Assembly (NCBI GenBank): GCA_964016885.1
Contig: OZ024742.1
Location: 167,772,001-167,836,000, forward strand
DNA length: 64,000 nucleotides
Direction: 5' to 3'
Origin: Eledone cirrhosa
Taxonomy: Eukaryota
The notes under the pieces were generated by a model that did not search any database, had not been told where the DNA came from, and saw only the letters and a list, made by a program, of their open reading frames with translations. Both the position numbers and the translations under genes were made by a program. Below are positions 39,101-53,700 of this stretch, in pieces (positions within the stretch are counted from its first letter, which is position 1; every line of letters starts with the position of its first letter).

Positions 39101-42100
39101 TTTCCAGCCGTCCAAGAGGAGATAATTTCCAGCCGTCCAAGGGTAGATAATATCCAGCCGTCCAAGGAGACATATTTTCCAGCCGTCCAAGGAGAGGTAA
39201 TTTCTAGCCGTCCAAGGGGAGATAAATTCCAGCCTCCAAGGGGAGATAATTTGTAAAAAAATCAGGGGGAGATAATTTGTAAAAAAAATCAGGGGGAGAT
39301 AATTTGTAAAAAAAAATCAGGGGGAGATAATTTGTAAAAAAAATCAGGGGGAGATAATTTGTAAAAAAAAATCAAGGGGAGATAATTTCCAGCCGTCCAA
39401 GGGGAGATAATTTTCAGCCGCCCAAGGGGAGATAATTTCCCGCCAGCCAAGGGAAGATAATATTTAAAAAATCAGGCGGAGATAATTTGTAAAAAAAATC
39501 AGGGGGAGATAATTTGTAAAAAAATCAGGGGGAGATAATTTGTAAAAAAAAAATCAGGGGGAGATAATTTGTAAAAAAAATCAGGGGGAGATGATTTGTA
39601 AAAAAAATCAGGGGTAGATAATTTGTAAAAAGAAATCAGGGGGAGATAATTTGTAAAAAAAAATCAGGGGGAGATAATTTGTAAAAAAAATCAAGAGGAG
39701 ATAATTTCCAGCCGTCGAAGGGAAGATAGTTTCCAGCCCTCCAAGGGGCTATAATTTCCAGCGTCCAAGGGGAGATAATTTCCAGCCAGCGAAGGGGAGA
39801 TAATTTTTTTAAAAAAATCATTGGGAGATTTGTAAAAAAAATCAGGGGGAGATAATTGGTAAAAAAAATCAAGGGGAGATAATTTCCAGCCGTCCAAGGG
39901 GAGGTAATATCTAGCCGTCCAAGGGGAGATAATTTCCAGCCGTCCAAGGGGAGATAATTTCCAGCCGTCCAAGGGTAGATAATATCCAGCCGTCCAAGTA
40001 GACATTTTCCAGCCGTCCAAGGAGAGGTAATTTCTAGCCGTCCAAGGGGAGATAAATTCCAGCCTCCAAGGGGAGATAATTTCCAGCCAGCCAAGGGGAG
40101 ATAATTTGTAAAAAAATCAGGGGGAGATAATTTGTAAAAAAAATCAGGGGGAGATATTTTGTAAAAAAAAATCAGGGGGAGATAATTTGTAAAAAAAATC
40201 AGGGGGAGATAATTTGTAAAAAAAAATCAGGGGGAGATAATTTGTAAAAAAAATCAAGGGGAGATAATTTCCAGCCGTCCAAGGGGAGATAATTTTCAGC
40301 CGTCCAAGGGGAGATAATTTCCCGCCAGCCAAGGGAAGATAATATTTAAAAAAATCAGGCGGAGATAATTTGTAAAAAAAATCAGGGGGAGATAATTTGT
40401 AAAAAAATCAGGGGGAGATAATTTGTAAAAAAAAAATCAGGGGGAGATAATTTGTAAAAAAAATCAGGGGGAGATAATTTGTAAAAAAAAATCAGGGGTA
40501 GATAATTTGTAAAAAAAAATCAGGGGGAGATAATTTGTAAAAAAAAATCAGGGGGAGATAATTTGTAAAAAAAATCAAGGGGAGATAATTTCCAGCCGTC
40601 CAAGGAGAGATAATTTAAAAAAAAATCAGGCGGAGATAATTTGTAAAAAAAAATCAAGGGGAGATAATTTGTAAAAAAAAATCAGGGGGAGATAATTTGT
40701 AAAAAAAATCAAGGGGAGATAATTTCCAGCCGTCCAAGGGAAGATAATTTCCAGCACTCCAAGGGGCTATAATTTCCAGTGTCCAAGGGGAGATAATTTC
40801 CAGCCAGCGAAGGGGAGATAATTTTTTTAAAAAAATCAGGGGGAGATATGTAAAAAAAATCAGAGGGAGATAATTTCTAAAAAAAATCAAAGGGAGATAA
40901 TTTCCAGCCGTCCAAAGAGAGATAATTTCTAGCCGTCCAAGGGGAGATAATTTCCAGCCAAGGGGAGATAATTTCCAGCCGTCCAAGGGGAGATAATTAT
41001 TTAAAAAATCAGGTGGAGATAATTTGTAAAAAAAATCAGGGGGAGATAATTTGTAAAAACAAAATCAAGGGCAGATAATTTCCAGCTGTCCAAGGGGAGA
41101 TAATTTCCAGCCGTGCAAGGGGAGATAATTTCCAGCCGTCCAAGGGGAGATAATTTCCATCCTTCCAAGGGGAGATAATGTCCAGCCGTCCAAGGGGAGA
41201 TAATTTCCCGCCAGCCAAGGGAAGATAATTTTTTAAAAAATCAGGCGGAGATTGTAAAAAAAATCAGGGGGAGATAATTTGTAAAAAAAAAATCAGGGGG
41301 AGATAATTTGTAAAAAAAATCAGGGGTAGATAATTTGTAAAAAAAAATCAGGGGGAGATAATTTGTAAAAAAAAATCAGGGGGAGATAATTTCTAAAAAA
41401 ATCAAGGGGAGATAATATGCAGCCGTCCAAGGGGAGATAATTTTCAGCCGTCCAAGGAGAGGTAATTTCTAGCCGTCCAAGGGGAGATAATTTCCAGCCG
41501 TCCAAGGGGAGATAATTTCCAGCCGTCCAAGGGGAGATAGTTTTTTTTAAAAAATCATGCGGAGATAATTTGTAAAAAAAAAAATCAGGGGGAGATAATT
41601 TGTAAAAAAAATCAGGGGGAGATAATTTGTGAAAAAAAAATCAGGGGGAGATAATTTGTAAAAAAAATCAGGGGGAGATAATTAGTAAAAAAAATCAAGG
41701 GGAGATAATTTCCAGCCGTCCAAGGGGAGGTAATATCTAGCCGTCCAAGGGGAGATAATTTCCAGCCGTCCAAGGGGAGATAATTTCCAGCCGTCCAAGG
41801 GTAGATAATATCCAGCCGTCCAAGTAGACATATTTTCCAGCCGTCCAAGGAGAGGTAATTTCTAGCCGTCCAAGGGGAGATAAATTCCAGCCTCCAAGGC
41901 GAGATAATTTCCAGCCAGCCAAGGGGAGATAATTTGTAAAAAAATCAGGGGAGATAATTTGTAAAAAAAATCAGGGGGAGATAATTTGTAAAAAAAAATC
42001 AGGGGGAGATAATTTGTAAAAAAAAATCAGGGGGAGATAATTTGTAAAAAAAATCAGGGGGAGATAATTTGTAAAAAAAAATCAGGGGGAGATAATTTGT

Positions 42101-44700
42101 AAAAAAAAATCAGGGGGAGATAATTTGTAAAAAAAAATCAGGGGGAGATAATTTGTAAAAAAAATCAAGGGGAGATAATTTCCAGCCGTCCAAGGGGAGA
42201 TAATTTCCAGCCGTCCAAGGGGAGGTAATATCTAGCCGTCCAAGGGGAGATAATTTCCAGCCGTCCAAGAGGAGATAATTTCCAGCCGTCCAAGGGTAGA
42301 TAATATCCAGCCGTCCAAGGAGACATATTTTCCAGCCGTCCAAGGAGAGGTAATTTCTAGCCGTCCAAGGGGAGATAAATTCCAGCCTCCAAGGGGAGAT
42401 AATTTGTAAAAAATCAGGGGGAGATAATTTGTAAAAAAAATCAGGGGGAGATAATTTGTAAAAAAAAATCAGGGGGAGATAATTTGTAAAAAAAATCAGG
42501 GGGAGATAATTTGTAAAAAAAAATCAAAGGGAGATAATTTCCAGCCGTCCAAGGGGAGATAATTTTCAGCCGCCCAAGGGGAGATAATTTCCCGCCAGCC
42601 AAGGGAAGATAATATTTAAAAAATCAGGCGGAGATAATTTGTAAAAAAATCAGGGGGAGATAATTTGTAAAAAAAAAATCAGGGGGAGATAATTTGTAAA
42701 AAAAATCAGGGGGAGATGATTTGTAAAAAAAAATCAGGGGTAGATAATTTGTAAAAAAAAATCAGGGGGAGATAATTTGTAAAAAAAAATCAGGGGGAGA
42801 TAATTTGTAAAAAAAATCAAGAGGAGATAATTTCCGGCCGTCGAAGGGAAGATAGTTTCCAGCCCTCCAAGGGGCTATAATTTCCAGCGTCCAAGGGGAG
42901 ATAATTTCCAGCCAGCGAAGGGGAGATAATTTTTTTAAAAAAATCATTGGGAGATTTGTAAAAAAAATCAGGGGGAGATAATTGGTAAAAAAAATCAAGG
43001 GGAGATAATTTCCAGCCGTCCAAGGGGAGGTAATATCTAGCCGTCCAAGGGGAGATAATTTCCAGCCGTCCAAGGGGAGATAATTTCCAGCCGTCCAAGG
43101 GTAGATAATATCCAGCCGTCCAAGTAGACATTTTCCAGCCGTCCAAGGAGAGGTAATTTCTAGCCGTCCAAGGGGAGATAAATTCCAGCCTCCAAGGGGA
43201 GATAATTTCCAGCCAGCCAAGGGGAGATAATTTGTAAAAAAATCAGGGGGAGATAATTTGTAAAAAAAATCAGGGGGAGATATTTTGTAAAAAAAAATCA
43301 GGGGGAGATAATTTGTAAAAAAAAATCAGGGGGAGATAATTTGTAAAAAAAATCAAGGGGAGATAATTTCCAGCCGTCCAAGGGGAGATAATTTTCAGCC
43401 GTCCAAGGGGAGATAATTTCCCGCCAGCCAAGGGAAGATAATATTTAAAAAAATCAGGCGGAGATAATTTGTAAAAAAAATCAGGGGGAGATAATTTGTA
43501 AAAAAATCAGGGGGAGATAATTTGTAAAAAAAAAATCAGGGGGAGATAATTTGTAAAAAAAATCAGGGGGAGATAATTTGTAAAAAAAAATCAGGGGTAG
43601 ATAATTTGTAAAAAAAAATCAGGGGGAGATAATTTGTAAAAAAAAATCAGGGGGAGATAATTTGTAAAAAAAATCAAGGGGAGATAATTTCCAGCCGTCC
43701 AAGGAGAGATAATTTAAAAAAAAAATCAGGCGGAGATAATTTGTAAAAAAAAATCAAGGGGAGATAATTTGTAAAAAAAAATCAGGGGGAGATAATTTGT
43801 AAAAAAAATCAAGGGGAGATAATTTCCAGCCGTCCAAGGGAAGATAATTTCCAGCACTCCAAGGGGCTATAATTTCCAGTGTCCAAGGGGAGATAATTTC
43901 CATCCAGCGAAGGGGAGATAATTTTTTTTAAAAAATCAGGGGGAGATATGTAAAAAAAATCAGAGGGAGATAATTTCTAAAAAAAATCAAAGGGAGATAA
44001 TTTCCAGCCGTCCAAAGAGAGATAATTTCTAGCCGTCCAAGGGGAGATAATTTCCAGCCAAGGGGAGATAATATCCAGCCGTCCAAGGGGAGATAATTTT
44101 TTAAAAAATCAGGTGGAGATAATTTGTAAAAAAAATCAGGGGGAGATAATTTGTAAAAACAAAATCAAGGGCAGATAATTTCCAGCTGTCCAAGGGGAGA
44201 TAATTTCCAGCCGTGCAAGGGGAGATAATTTCCAGCCGTCCAAGGGGAGATAATTTCCATCCTTCCAAGGGGAGATAATCTCCAGCCGTCCAAGGGGAGA
44301 TAATTTCCCGCCAGCCAAGGGAAGATAATTTTTAAAAAAATCAGGCGGAGATTGTAAAAAAAATCAGGGGGAGATAATTTGTAAAAAAATCAGGGGGAGA
44401 TAATTTGTTAAAAAAAAATCAGGGGAGATAATTTGTAAAAAAAAATCAGGGGGAGATAATTTGTAAAAAAAAATCAGGGGGAGATAATTTGTAAAAAAAA
44501 TCAGGGGTAGATAATTTGTAAAAAAAAATCAGGGGGAGATAATTTGTAAAAAAAAATCAGGGGGAGATAATTTGTAAAAAAATCAAGGGTAGATAATATG
44601 CAGCCGTCCAAGGGGAGATAATTTTCTGCCGTCCAAGGAGAGGTAATTTCTAGCCGTCCAAGGGGAGATAATTTCCAGCCGTCCAAGGGGAGATAATTTC
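36180..44700 (+). repeat. ~3.1-4.15 kb higher-order unit in about 2.4 tandem copies
   Basis: Offset 4,150 (36504/40654, 36886/41036, 37170/41320) and offset 3,126 (39636/42762). Markers include GATAATGTCC, GAGATATTTTGT and ATAATTGGT. Confidence 0.85.
37850..39845 (+). repeat. 996-bp tandem duplication nested in the first 4.15-kb unit
   Basis: ORF pairs 37961/38957 and 38640/39636 share offset 996. The marker AAAAAGAAATC occurs at ~38631 and ~39627. Confidence 0.88.
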
Positions 44701-47700
44701 CAGCCGTCCAAGGGGAGATAGTTTTTTTTAAAAAATCAGGGGGAGATTTGTAAAAAAAATCAGGGGGAGATAATTTGTAAAAAAAATCAAAGGGAGATAA
44801 TTTCCAGCCGTCCAAAGAGAGATAATTTCTAGCCGTCCAAGGGGAGATAATTTCGAGCCAAGGGGAGATAATTTCCAGCCGTCCAAGGGGAGATAATTTT
44901 TTAAAAAATCAGGTGGAGATAATTTGTAAAAAAAATCAGGGGGAGATAATTTGTAAAAACAAAATCAAGGGCAGATAATTTCCAGCTGTCCAAGGGGAGA
45001 TAATTTCCAGCCGTGCAAGGGGAGATAATTTCCAGCCGTCCAAGGGGAGATAATTTCCCGCCAGCGAAGAGAAGATAATTTTTTAAAAAATCAGGCGGAG
45101 ATTGTAAAAAAAATCAGGGGGAGATAATTTGTAAAAAAATCAGGGGGAGATAATTTGTAAAAAAATCAAGGGGAGATAATTTCCAGCTGTCCAAGGGGAG
45201 GTAATATCTAGCCGTCCAAGGGGAGATAATTTCCAGCCGTCCAAGGGGAGATAATTTCCAGCCGTCCAAGGGTAGATAATATCCAGCCGTCCAAGGAGAC
45301 ATATTTTCCAGTCCTCCAAGGAGAGGTAATTTCTAGCCGTCCAAGTGGAGATAAATTCCAGCCTCCAAGGGGAGATAATTTCCAGCCAGCCAAGGGGAGA
45401 TAATTTGTAAAAAAATCAGGGGGAGATAATTTGTAAAAAAAATCAGGGGGAGATAATTTGTACAAAAAATCAGGGGTAGATAATTTGTAAAAAAAAATCA
45501 GGGGGAGATTATTTGTAAAAAGAATCAAGGGGAGATAATTTGCAGCCGTCCAAGGGGAGATAATTTCCCGCCAGCCAAGGGAAGATAATATTTAAAAAAA
45601 TCAGGCGGAGATAATTTGTAAAAAAAATCAGGGGGAGATAATTTGTAAAAAAATCAGGGGGAGATAATTTGTAAAAAAAAATCAGGGGGAGATTTGTAAA
45701 AAAAATCAGGGGGAGATAATTTGTAAAAAAAATCAGGGGTAGATAATTTGTAAAAAAAAATCAGGGGTAGATAATTTGTAAAAAAAAATCAGGGGGAGAT
45801 AATTTGTAAAAAAAATCAATTGGAGATAATTTCCAGCCGTCCAAGGGGAGATAATTTTCAGCCGTCCAAGGAGAGGTAATTTCTAGACGTCCAAGGGGAG
45901 ATAATTTCCAGCCGTCCAATGGGAGATAATTTCCAGCCGTCCAAGGGGAGATAATTTTTAAAAAAAAATCAGGCGGAGATAATTTGTAAAAAAAATCTAG
46001 GGGAGATAATTTGCAGCCGTCCAAGGGGAGATAATTTTCAGTCGTCCAAGGAGAGGTAATTTCTAGCCGTCCAAGGGGAGATAATTTCCAGCCGTCCAAG
46101 GGGAGATAATTTCCAGCCCTCCAAGGGGCTATAATTTCCAGCGTCCAAGGGGAGATAATTTCCAGCCAGCGAAGGGGAGATAATTTTTTTTTTTTTAAAT
46201 CAGGGGAACATAATTTGTAAAAAAAATCAGGGGGAGATAATTTGTAAAAAAAATCCAGGGGAGATAATTTGTAAAAAAAAATCAGGGGGAGATAATTTGT
46301 AAAAAAAAATCAGGGGGAGATAATTTGTAAAAAAATCAAGGGGAGATAATTTGTAAAAAAAAATCAAGGGGAGATAATTTCCAGCCGTCCAAGGGGAGAT
46401 AATTTTCAGCCGTCCAAGGGGAGATAATTTCCCGCCAGCCAAGGAAAGATAATATTTAAAAAAATCAGGCGGAGATAATTTGTAAAAAAAATCAGGGGGA
46501 GATAATTTGTAAAAAAATCAGGGGGAGATAATTTGTAAAAAAAAAATCAGGGGTAGATAATTTGTAAAAAAAAATCAGGGGGAGATAATTTGTAAAAAAA
46601 AATCAGGGGGAGATAATTTGTAAAAAAAATCAATTGGAGATAATTTCCAGCCGTCCAAGGGGAGATAATTTTCAGCCGTCCAAGGAGAGGTAATTTCTAG
46701 ACGTCCAAGGGGAGATAATTTCCAGCCGTCCAAGGGGAGATAATTTCCAGCCGTCCAAGGGTAGATAATATCCAGCCGTCCAAGGAGACATATTTTCCAG
46801 CTTTCCAAGGAGAGGTAATTTCTATCCGTCCAAGGGGAGATAAATTCCAGCCTCCAAGGGGAGATAATTTCCCGCCAGACAAGGGAAGGAAATATTTAAA
46901 AAAATCAGGCGGAGATAATTTGTAAAAAAAATCAGGGGGAGATAATTTGTAAAAAAATCAGGGGGAGATAATTTGTAAAAAAAAAATCAGGGGGAGATAA
47001 TTTGTAAAAAAAAATCAGGGGTAGATGATTTGTAAAAAAAAATCAGGGGGAGATAATTTGTAAAAAAAAATCAGGGGGAGATAATTTGTAAAAAAAATCA
47101 AGGGGAGATAATTTCCAGCCGTCCAAGGAGAGATAATTTTAAAAAAAAATCAGGCGGAGATAATTTGTAAAAAAAATCAAGGGGAGATAATTTGTAAAAA
47201 AAAATCAGGGGGAGATAATTTGTAAAAAAAATCAAGGGGAGATAATTTCCAGCCGTCCAAGGGAAGATAATTTCCAGCACTCCAAGGGGCTATAATTTCC
47301 AGTGTCCAAGGGGAGATAATTTCCAGCCAGCGAAGGGGAGATAATTTTTTTAAAAAAATCAGGGGGAGATATGTAAAAAAAATCAGAGGGAGATAATTTC
47401 GAGGCGTCCAAAGAGAGAAAATTTCTAGCCGTCCAAGGAGAGAAAATTTCCAGCCAAGGGGAGATAATTTCCAGCCGTCCAAGGGGAGATAATTTTTTAA
47501 AAAATCAGGGGGAGATAATTTGTAAAAACAAAATCAAGGGCAGATAATTTCCAGCTGTCCAAGGGGAGATAGTTTCCAGCCGTGCAAGGGGAGATAATTT
47601 CCAGCCGTCCAAGGGGAGATAATTTCCATACTTCCAAGGGGAGATAATTTCCAGCCGTCCAAGGGGAGATAATTTCCCGCCAGCCAAGGGAAGATAATTT

Positions 47701-50700
47701 GTAAAAAAATCAGGGGGAGATAATTTGTAAAAAAAAATCAGGGGGAGATAATTTGTAAAAAAAAATCAGGGGGAGATAATTTGTAAAAAAAAAATCAGGG
47801 GTAGATAATTTGTAAAAAAAATCAGGGCTAGATAATTTGTAAAAAAAATCAGGGGGAGATAATTTGTAAAAAAAAATCAGGGGGAGATAATTTGTAAAAA
47901 AATCAAGGGGAGATAATATGCAGCCGTCCAAGGGGAGATAATTTTCAGCCGTCCAAGGAGAGGTAATTTCTAGCCGTCCAAGGGGAGATAATTTCCAGCC
48001 GTCCAAGGGGAGATAATTTCCAGCCGTCCAAGGGGAGATAGTTTTTTTAAAAAATCAGCCGGAGATAATTTGTAAAAAAAAAATCAGGGGGAGATAATTT
48101 GTAAAAAAAAATCAGGGGGAGATAATTTGTAAAAAAAAATCAGGGGGAGATAATTTGTAAAAAAAATCAAGGGGAGATAATTTCCAGCCGTCCAAGGGAA
48201 GATAATTTCCAGCCCTCGAAGGGGCTATAATTTCCAGCGTCCAAGGGGAGATAATTTCCAGCCAGCGAAGGGGAGATAATTTTTTAAAAAAAATCATTGG
48301 GAGATTTGTAAAAAAAATCAGGGGGAGATAATTAGTAAAAAAAAATCAAGGGGAGATAATTTCCAGCCGTCCAAGGGGAGGTAATATCTAGCCGTCCAAG
48401 GGGAGATAATTTCCAGCCGTCCAAGGGGAGATAATTTCCAGCCGTCCAAGGGTAGATAATATCCAGCCGTCCAAGTAGACATTTTCCAGCCGTCCAAGGA
48501 GAGGTAATTTCTAGCCGTCCAAGGGGAGATAAATTCCAGCCTCCAAGGGGAGATAATTTCCAGCCAGCCAAGGGGAGATAATTTGTAAAAAAATCAGGGG
48601 GAGATAATTTGTAAAAAAAATCAGGGGGAGATAACTTGTAAAAAAAAATCAGGGGGAGATAATTTGTAAAAGAAAATCAGGGGGAGATAATTTGTAAAAA
48701 AAATCAGGGGGAGATAATTTGTAAAAAAAATCAAGGGGAGATAATTTCCAGCCGTCCAAGGGGAGATAATTTTCAGCCGTCCAAGGGGAGATAATTTCCA
48801 GCCGTCCAAGGGGAGATAATTTCCATCCTTCCAAGGGGAGATAATTTCCAGCCGTCCAAGGGGAGATAATTTTCAGCCGTCCAAGGGGAGATAATTTCCC
48901 GCCAGCCAAGGGAAGATAATATTTTAAAAAATCAGGCGGAGATAATTTGTAAAAAAAATCAGGGGGAGATAATTTGTAAAAAAATCAGGGGGAGATAATT
49001 TGTAAAAAAAAAATCAGGGGGAGATAATTTGTAAAAAAAATCAGGGGGAGATAATTTGTAAAAAAAAATCAGAGGTAGATAATTTGTAAAAAAAAATCAG
49101 GGGGAGATAATTTGTAAAAAAAAAATCAGGGGGAGATAATTTGTAAAAAAAATCAAGGGAGATAATTTCCAGCCGTCCAAGGAGAGATAATTTTTTAAAA
49201 AAATCAGGCGGAGATAATTTGTAAAAAAAAATCAAGGGGAGATAATTTGTAAAAAAAAATCAAGGGGAGATAAGTTGTAAAAAAAATCAAGGGGAGATAA
49301 TTTCCAGCCGTCCAAGGGAAGATAATTTCCAGCACTCCAAGGGGCTATAATTTCCAGTGTCCAAGGGGAGATAATTTCCAGCCAGCGAAGGGGAGATAAT
49401 TTTTTTAAAAAAATCAGGGGGAGATATGTAAAAAAATCAGAGGGAGATAATTTCTAAAAAAAATCAAAGGGAGATAATTTCCAGCCGTCCAAAGAGAGAT
49501 AATTTCTAGCCGTCCAAGAGGAGATAATTTCCAGCCAAGGGGAGATAATTTCCAGCCGTCCAAGGGGAGATAATTATTTAAAAAATCAGGTGGAGATAAT
49601 TTGTAAAAAAAATCAGGGGGAGATAATTTCCAGCCGTGCAAGGGGAGATAATTTCCAGCCGTCCAAGGGGAGATAATTTCCATCCTTCCAAGGGGAGATA
49701 ATGTCCAGCCGTCCAAGGGGAGATAATTTCCCGCCAGCCAAGGGAAGATAATTTTTAAAAAAATCAGGCGGAGATTGTAAAAAAAATCAGGGGGAGATAA
49801 TTTGTAAAAAAAAAATCAGGGGGAGATAATTTGTAAAAAAAAATCAGGGGTAGATAATTTGTAAAAAAAAATCAGGGGGAGATAATTTGTAAAAAAAAAT
49901 CAGGGGGAGATAATTTCTAAAAAAATCAAGGGGAGATAATATGCAGCCGTCCAAGGGGAGATAATTTTCAGCCGTCCAAGGAGAGGTAATTTCTAGCCGT
50001 CCAAGGGGAGATAATTTCCAGCCGTCCAAGGGGAGATAATTTCCAGCCGTCCAAGGGGAGATAGTTTTTTTAAAAAAATCAGGCGGAGATAATTTGTAAA
50101 AAAAAAATCAGGGGGAGATAATTTGTAAAAAAAAATCAGGGGGAGATAATTTGTGAAAAAAAAATTAGGGGGAGATAATTTGTAAAAAAAATCAGGGGGA
50201 GATAATTAGTAAAAAAAATCAAGGGGAGATAATTTCCAGCCGTCCAAGGGGAGGTAATATCTAGCCGTCCAAGGGGAGATAATTTCCAGCCGTCCAAGGG
50301 GAGATAATTTCCAGCCGTCCAAGGGTAGATAATATCCAGCCGTCCAAGTAGACATATTTTCCAGCCGTCCAAGGAGAGGTAATTTCTAGCCGTCCAAGGG
50401 GAGATAAATTCCAGCCTCCAAGGGGAGATAATTGCCAGCCAGCCAAGGGGAGATAATTTGTAAAAAAATCAGGGGAGATAATTTGTAAAAAAAATCAGGG
50501 GGAGATAATTTGTAAAAAAAAATCAGGGGGAGATAATTTGTAAAAAAAAATCAGGGGGAGATAATTTGTAAAAAAAATCAGGTGGAGATAATTTGTAAAA
50601 AAAAATCAGGGGGAGATAATTTGTAAAAAAAAATCAGGGGGAGATAATTTGTAAAAAAAAATCAGGGGGAGATAATTTGTAAAAAAAATCAAGGGGAGAT

Positions 50701-53700
50701 AATTTCCAGCCGTCCAAGGGGAGATAATTTCCAGCCGTCCAAGGGGAGGTAATATCTAGCCGTCCAAGGGGAGATAATTTCCAGCCGTCCAAGAGGAAAT
50801 AATTTCCAGCCGTCCAAGGGTAGATAATATCCAGCCGTCCAAGGAGACATATTTTCCAGCCGTCCAAGGAGAGGTAATTTCTAGCCGTCCAAGGGGAGAT
50901 AAATTCCAGCCTCCAAGGGGAGATAATTTGTAAAAAATCAGGGGGAGATAATTTGTAAAAAAAATCAGGGGGAGATAATTTGTAAAAAAAAATCAGGGGG
51001 AGATAATTTGTAAAAAAAATCAGGGGGAGATAATTTGTAAAAAAAAATCAAGGGGAGATAATTTCCAGCCGTCCAAGGGGAGATAATTTTCAGCCGCCCA
51101 AGGGGAGATAATTTCCCGCCAGCCAAGGGAAGATAATATTTAAAAAATCAGGCGGAGATAATTTGTAAAAAAAATCAGGGGGAGATAATTTGTAAAAAAA
51201 TCAGGGGGAGATAATTTGTAAAAAAAAAATCAGGGGGAGATAATTTGTAAAAAAAATCAGGGGGAGATGATTTGTAAAAAAAATCAGGGGTAGATAATTT
51301 GTAAAAAAAAATCAGGGGGAGATAATTTGTAAAAAAAAATCAGGGGGAGATAATTTGTAAAAAAAATCAAGAGGAGATAATTTCCAGCCGTCGAAGGGAA
51401 GATAGTTTCCAGCCCTCCAAGGGGCTATAATTTCCAGCGTCCAAGGGGAGATAATTTCCAGCCAGCGAAGGGGAGATAATTTTTTTAAAAAAATCATTGG
51501 GAGATTTGTAAAAAAAATCAGGGGGAGATAATTGGTAAAAAAAATCAAGGGGAGATAATTTCCAGCCGTCCAAGGGGAGGTAATATCTAGCCGTCCAAGG
51601 GGAGATAATTTCCAGCCGTCCAAGGGGAGATAATTTCCAGCCGTCCAAGGGTAGATAATATCCAGCCGTCCAAGTAGACATTTTCCAGCCGTCCAAGGAG
51701 AGGTAATTTCTAGCCGTCCAAGGGGAGATAAATTCCAGCCTCCAAGGGGAGATAATTTCCAGCCAGCCAAGGGGAGATAATTTGTAAAAAAATCAGGGGG
51801 AGATAATTTGTAAAAAAAATCAGGGGGAGATATTTTGTAAAAAAAAATCAGGGGGAGATAATTTGTAAAAAAAAATCAGGGGGAGATAATTTGTAAAAAA
51901 AAATCAGGGGGAGATAATTTGTAAAAAAAATCAAGGGGAGATAATTTCCAGCCGTCCAAGGGGAGATAATTTTCAGCCGTCCAAGGGGAGATAATTTCCC
52001 GCCAGCCAAGGGAAGATAATATTTAAAAAAATCAGGCGGAGATAATTTGTAAAAAAAATCAGGGGGAGATAATTTGTAAAAAAATCAGGGGGAGATAATT
52101 TGTAAAAAAAAAATCAGGGGGAGATAATTTGTAAAAAAAATCAGGGGGAGATAATTTGTAAAAAAAAATCAGGGGTAGATAATTTGTAAAAAAAAATCAG
52201 GGGGAGATAATTTGTAAAAAAAAATCAGGGGGAGATAATTTGTAAAAAAAATCAAGGGGAGATAATTTCCAGCCGTCCAAGGAGAGATAATTTAAAAAAA
52301 AAATCAGGCGGAGATAATTTGTAAAAAAAAATCAGGGGGAGATAATTTGTAAAAAAAATCAAGGGGAGATAATTTCCAGCCGTCCAAGGGAAGATAATTT
52401 CCAGCACTCCAAGGGGCTATAATTTCCAGTGTCCAAGGGGAGATAATTTCCAGCCAGCGAAGGGGAGATAATTTTTTTAAAAAAATCAGGGGGAGATATG
52501 TAAAAAAAATCAGAGGGAGATAATTTCTAAAAAAAATCAAAGGGAGATAATTTCCAGCCGTCCAAAGAGAGATAATTTCTAGCCGTCCAAGGGGAGATAA
52601 TTTCCAGCCAAGGGGAGATAATATCCAGCCGTCCAAGGGGAGATAATTTCCAGCCGTCCAAGGGGAGATAATTTCCAGCCGTGCAAGGGGAGATAATTTC
52701 CAGCCGTCCAAGGGGAGATAATTTCCATCCTTCCAAGGGGAGATAATCTCCAGCCGTCCAAGGGGAGATAATTTCCCGCCAGCCAAGGGAAGATAATTTT
52801 TAAAAAAATCAGGCGGAGATTGTAAAAAAAATCAGGGGGAGATAATTTGTAAAAAAATCAGGGGGAGATAATTTGTTAAAAAAAAATCAGGGGAGATAAT
52901 TTGTAAAAAAAAATCAGGGGGAGATAATTTGTAAAAAAAAATCAGGGGGAGATAATTTGTAAAAAAAATCAGGGGTAGATAATTTGTAAAAAAAAATCAG
53001 GGGGAGATAATTTGTAAAAAAAAATCAGGGGGAGATAATTTGTAAAAAAATCAAGGGGAGATAATATGCAGCCGTCCAAGGGGAGATAATTTTCAGCCGT
53101 CCAAGGAGAGGTAATTTCTAGCCGTCCAAGGGGAGATAATTTCCAGCCGTCCAAGGGGAGATAATTTCCAGCCGTCCAAGGGGAGATAGTTTTTTTTAAA
53201 AAATCAGGCGGATAATTTGTAAAAAAAAAATCAGGGGGAGATAATTTGTAAAAAAAAATCAGGGGGAGATAATTTGTAAAAAAAATCAGGGGGAGATAAT
53301 TTGTAAAAAAAATCAAGGGGAGATAATTTCAAGCCCTCCAAGGGGCTATAATTTCCAGTGTCCAAGGGGAGATAATTTCCAGCCAGCGAAGGGGAGATAA
53401 TTTTTTTTTAAAAATCAGGGGGAGATTTGTAAAAAAAATCAGGGGGAGATAATTTGTAAAAAAAATCAAAGGGAGATAATTTCCAGCCGTCCAAAGAGAG
53501 ATAATTTCTAGCCTTCCAAGGGGAGATAATTTCGAGCCAAGGGGAGATAATTTCCAGCCGTCCAAGGGGAGATAATTTTTTAAAAAATCAGGTGGAGATA
53601 ATTTGTAAAAAAAATCAGGGGGAGATAATTTGTAAAAACAAAATCAAGGGCAGATAATTTCCAGCTGTCCAAGGGGAGATAATTTCCAGCCGTGCAAGGG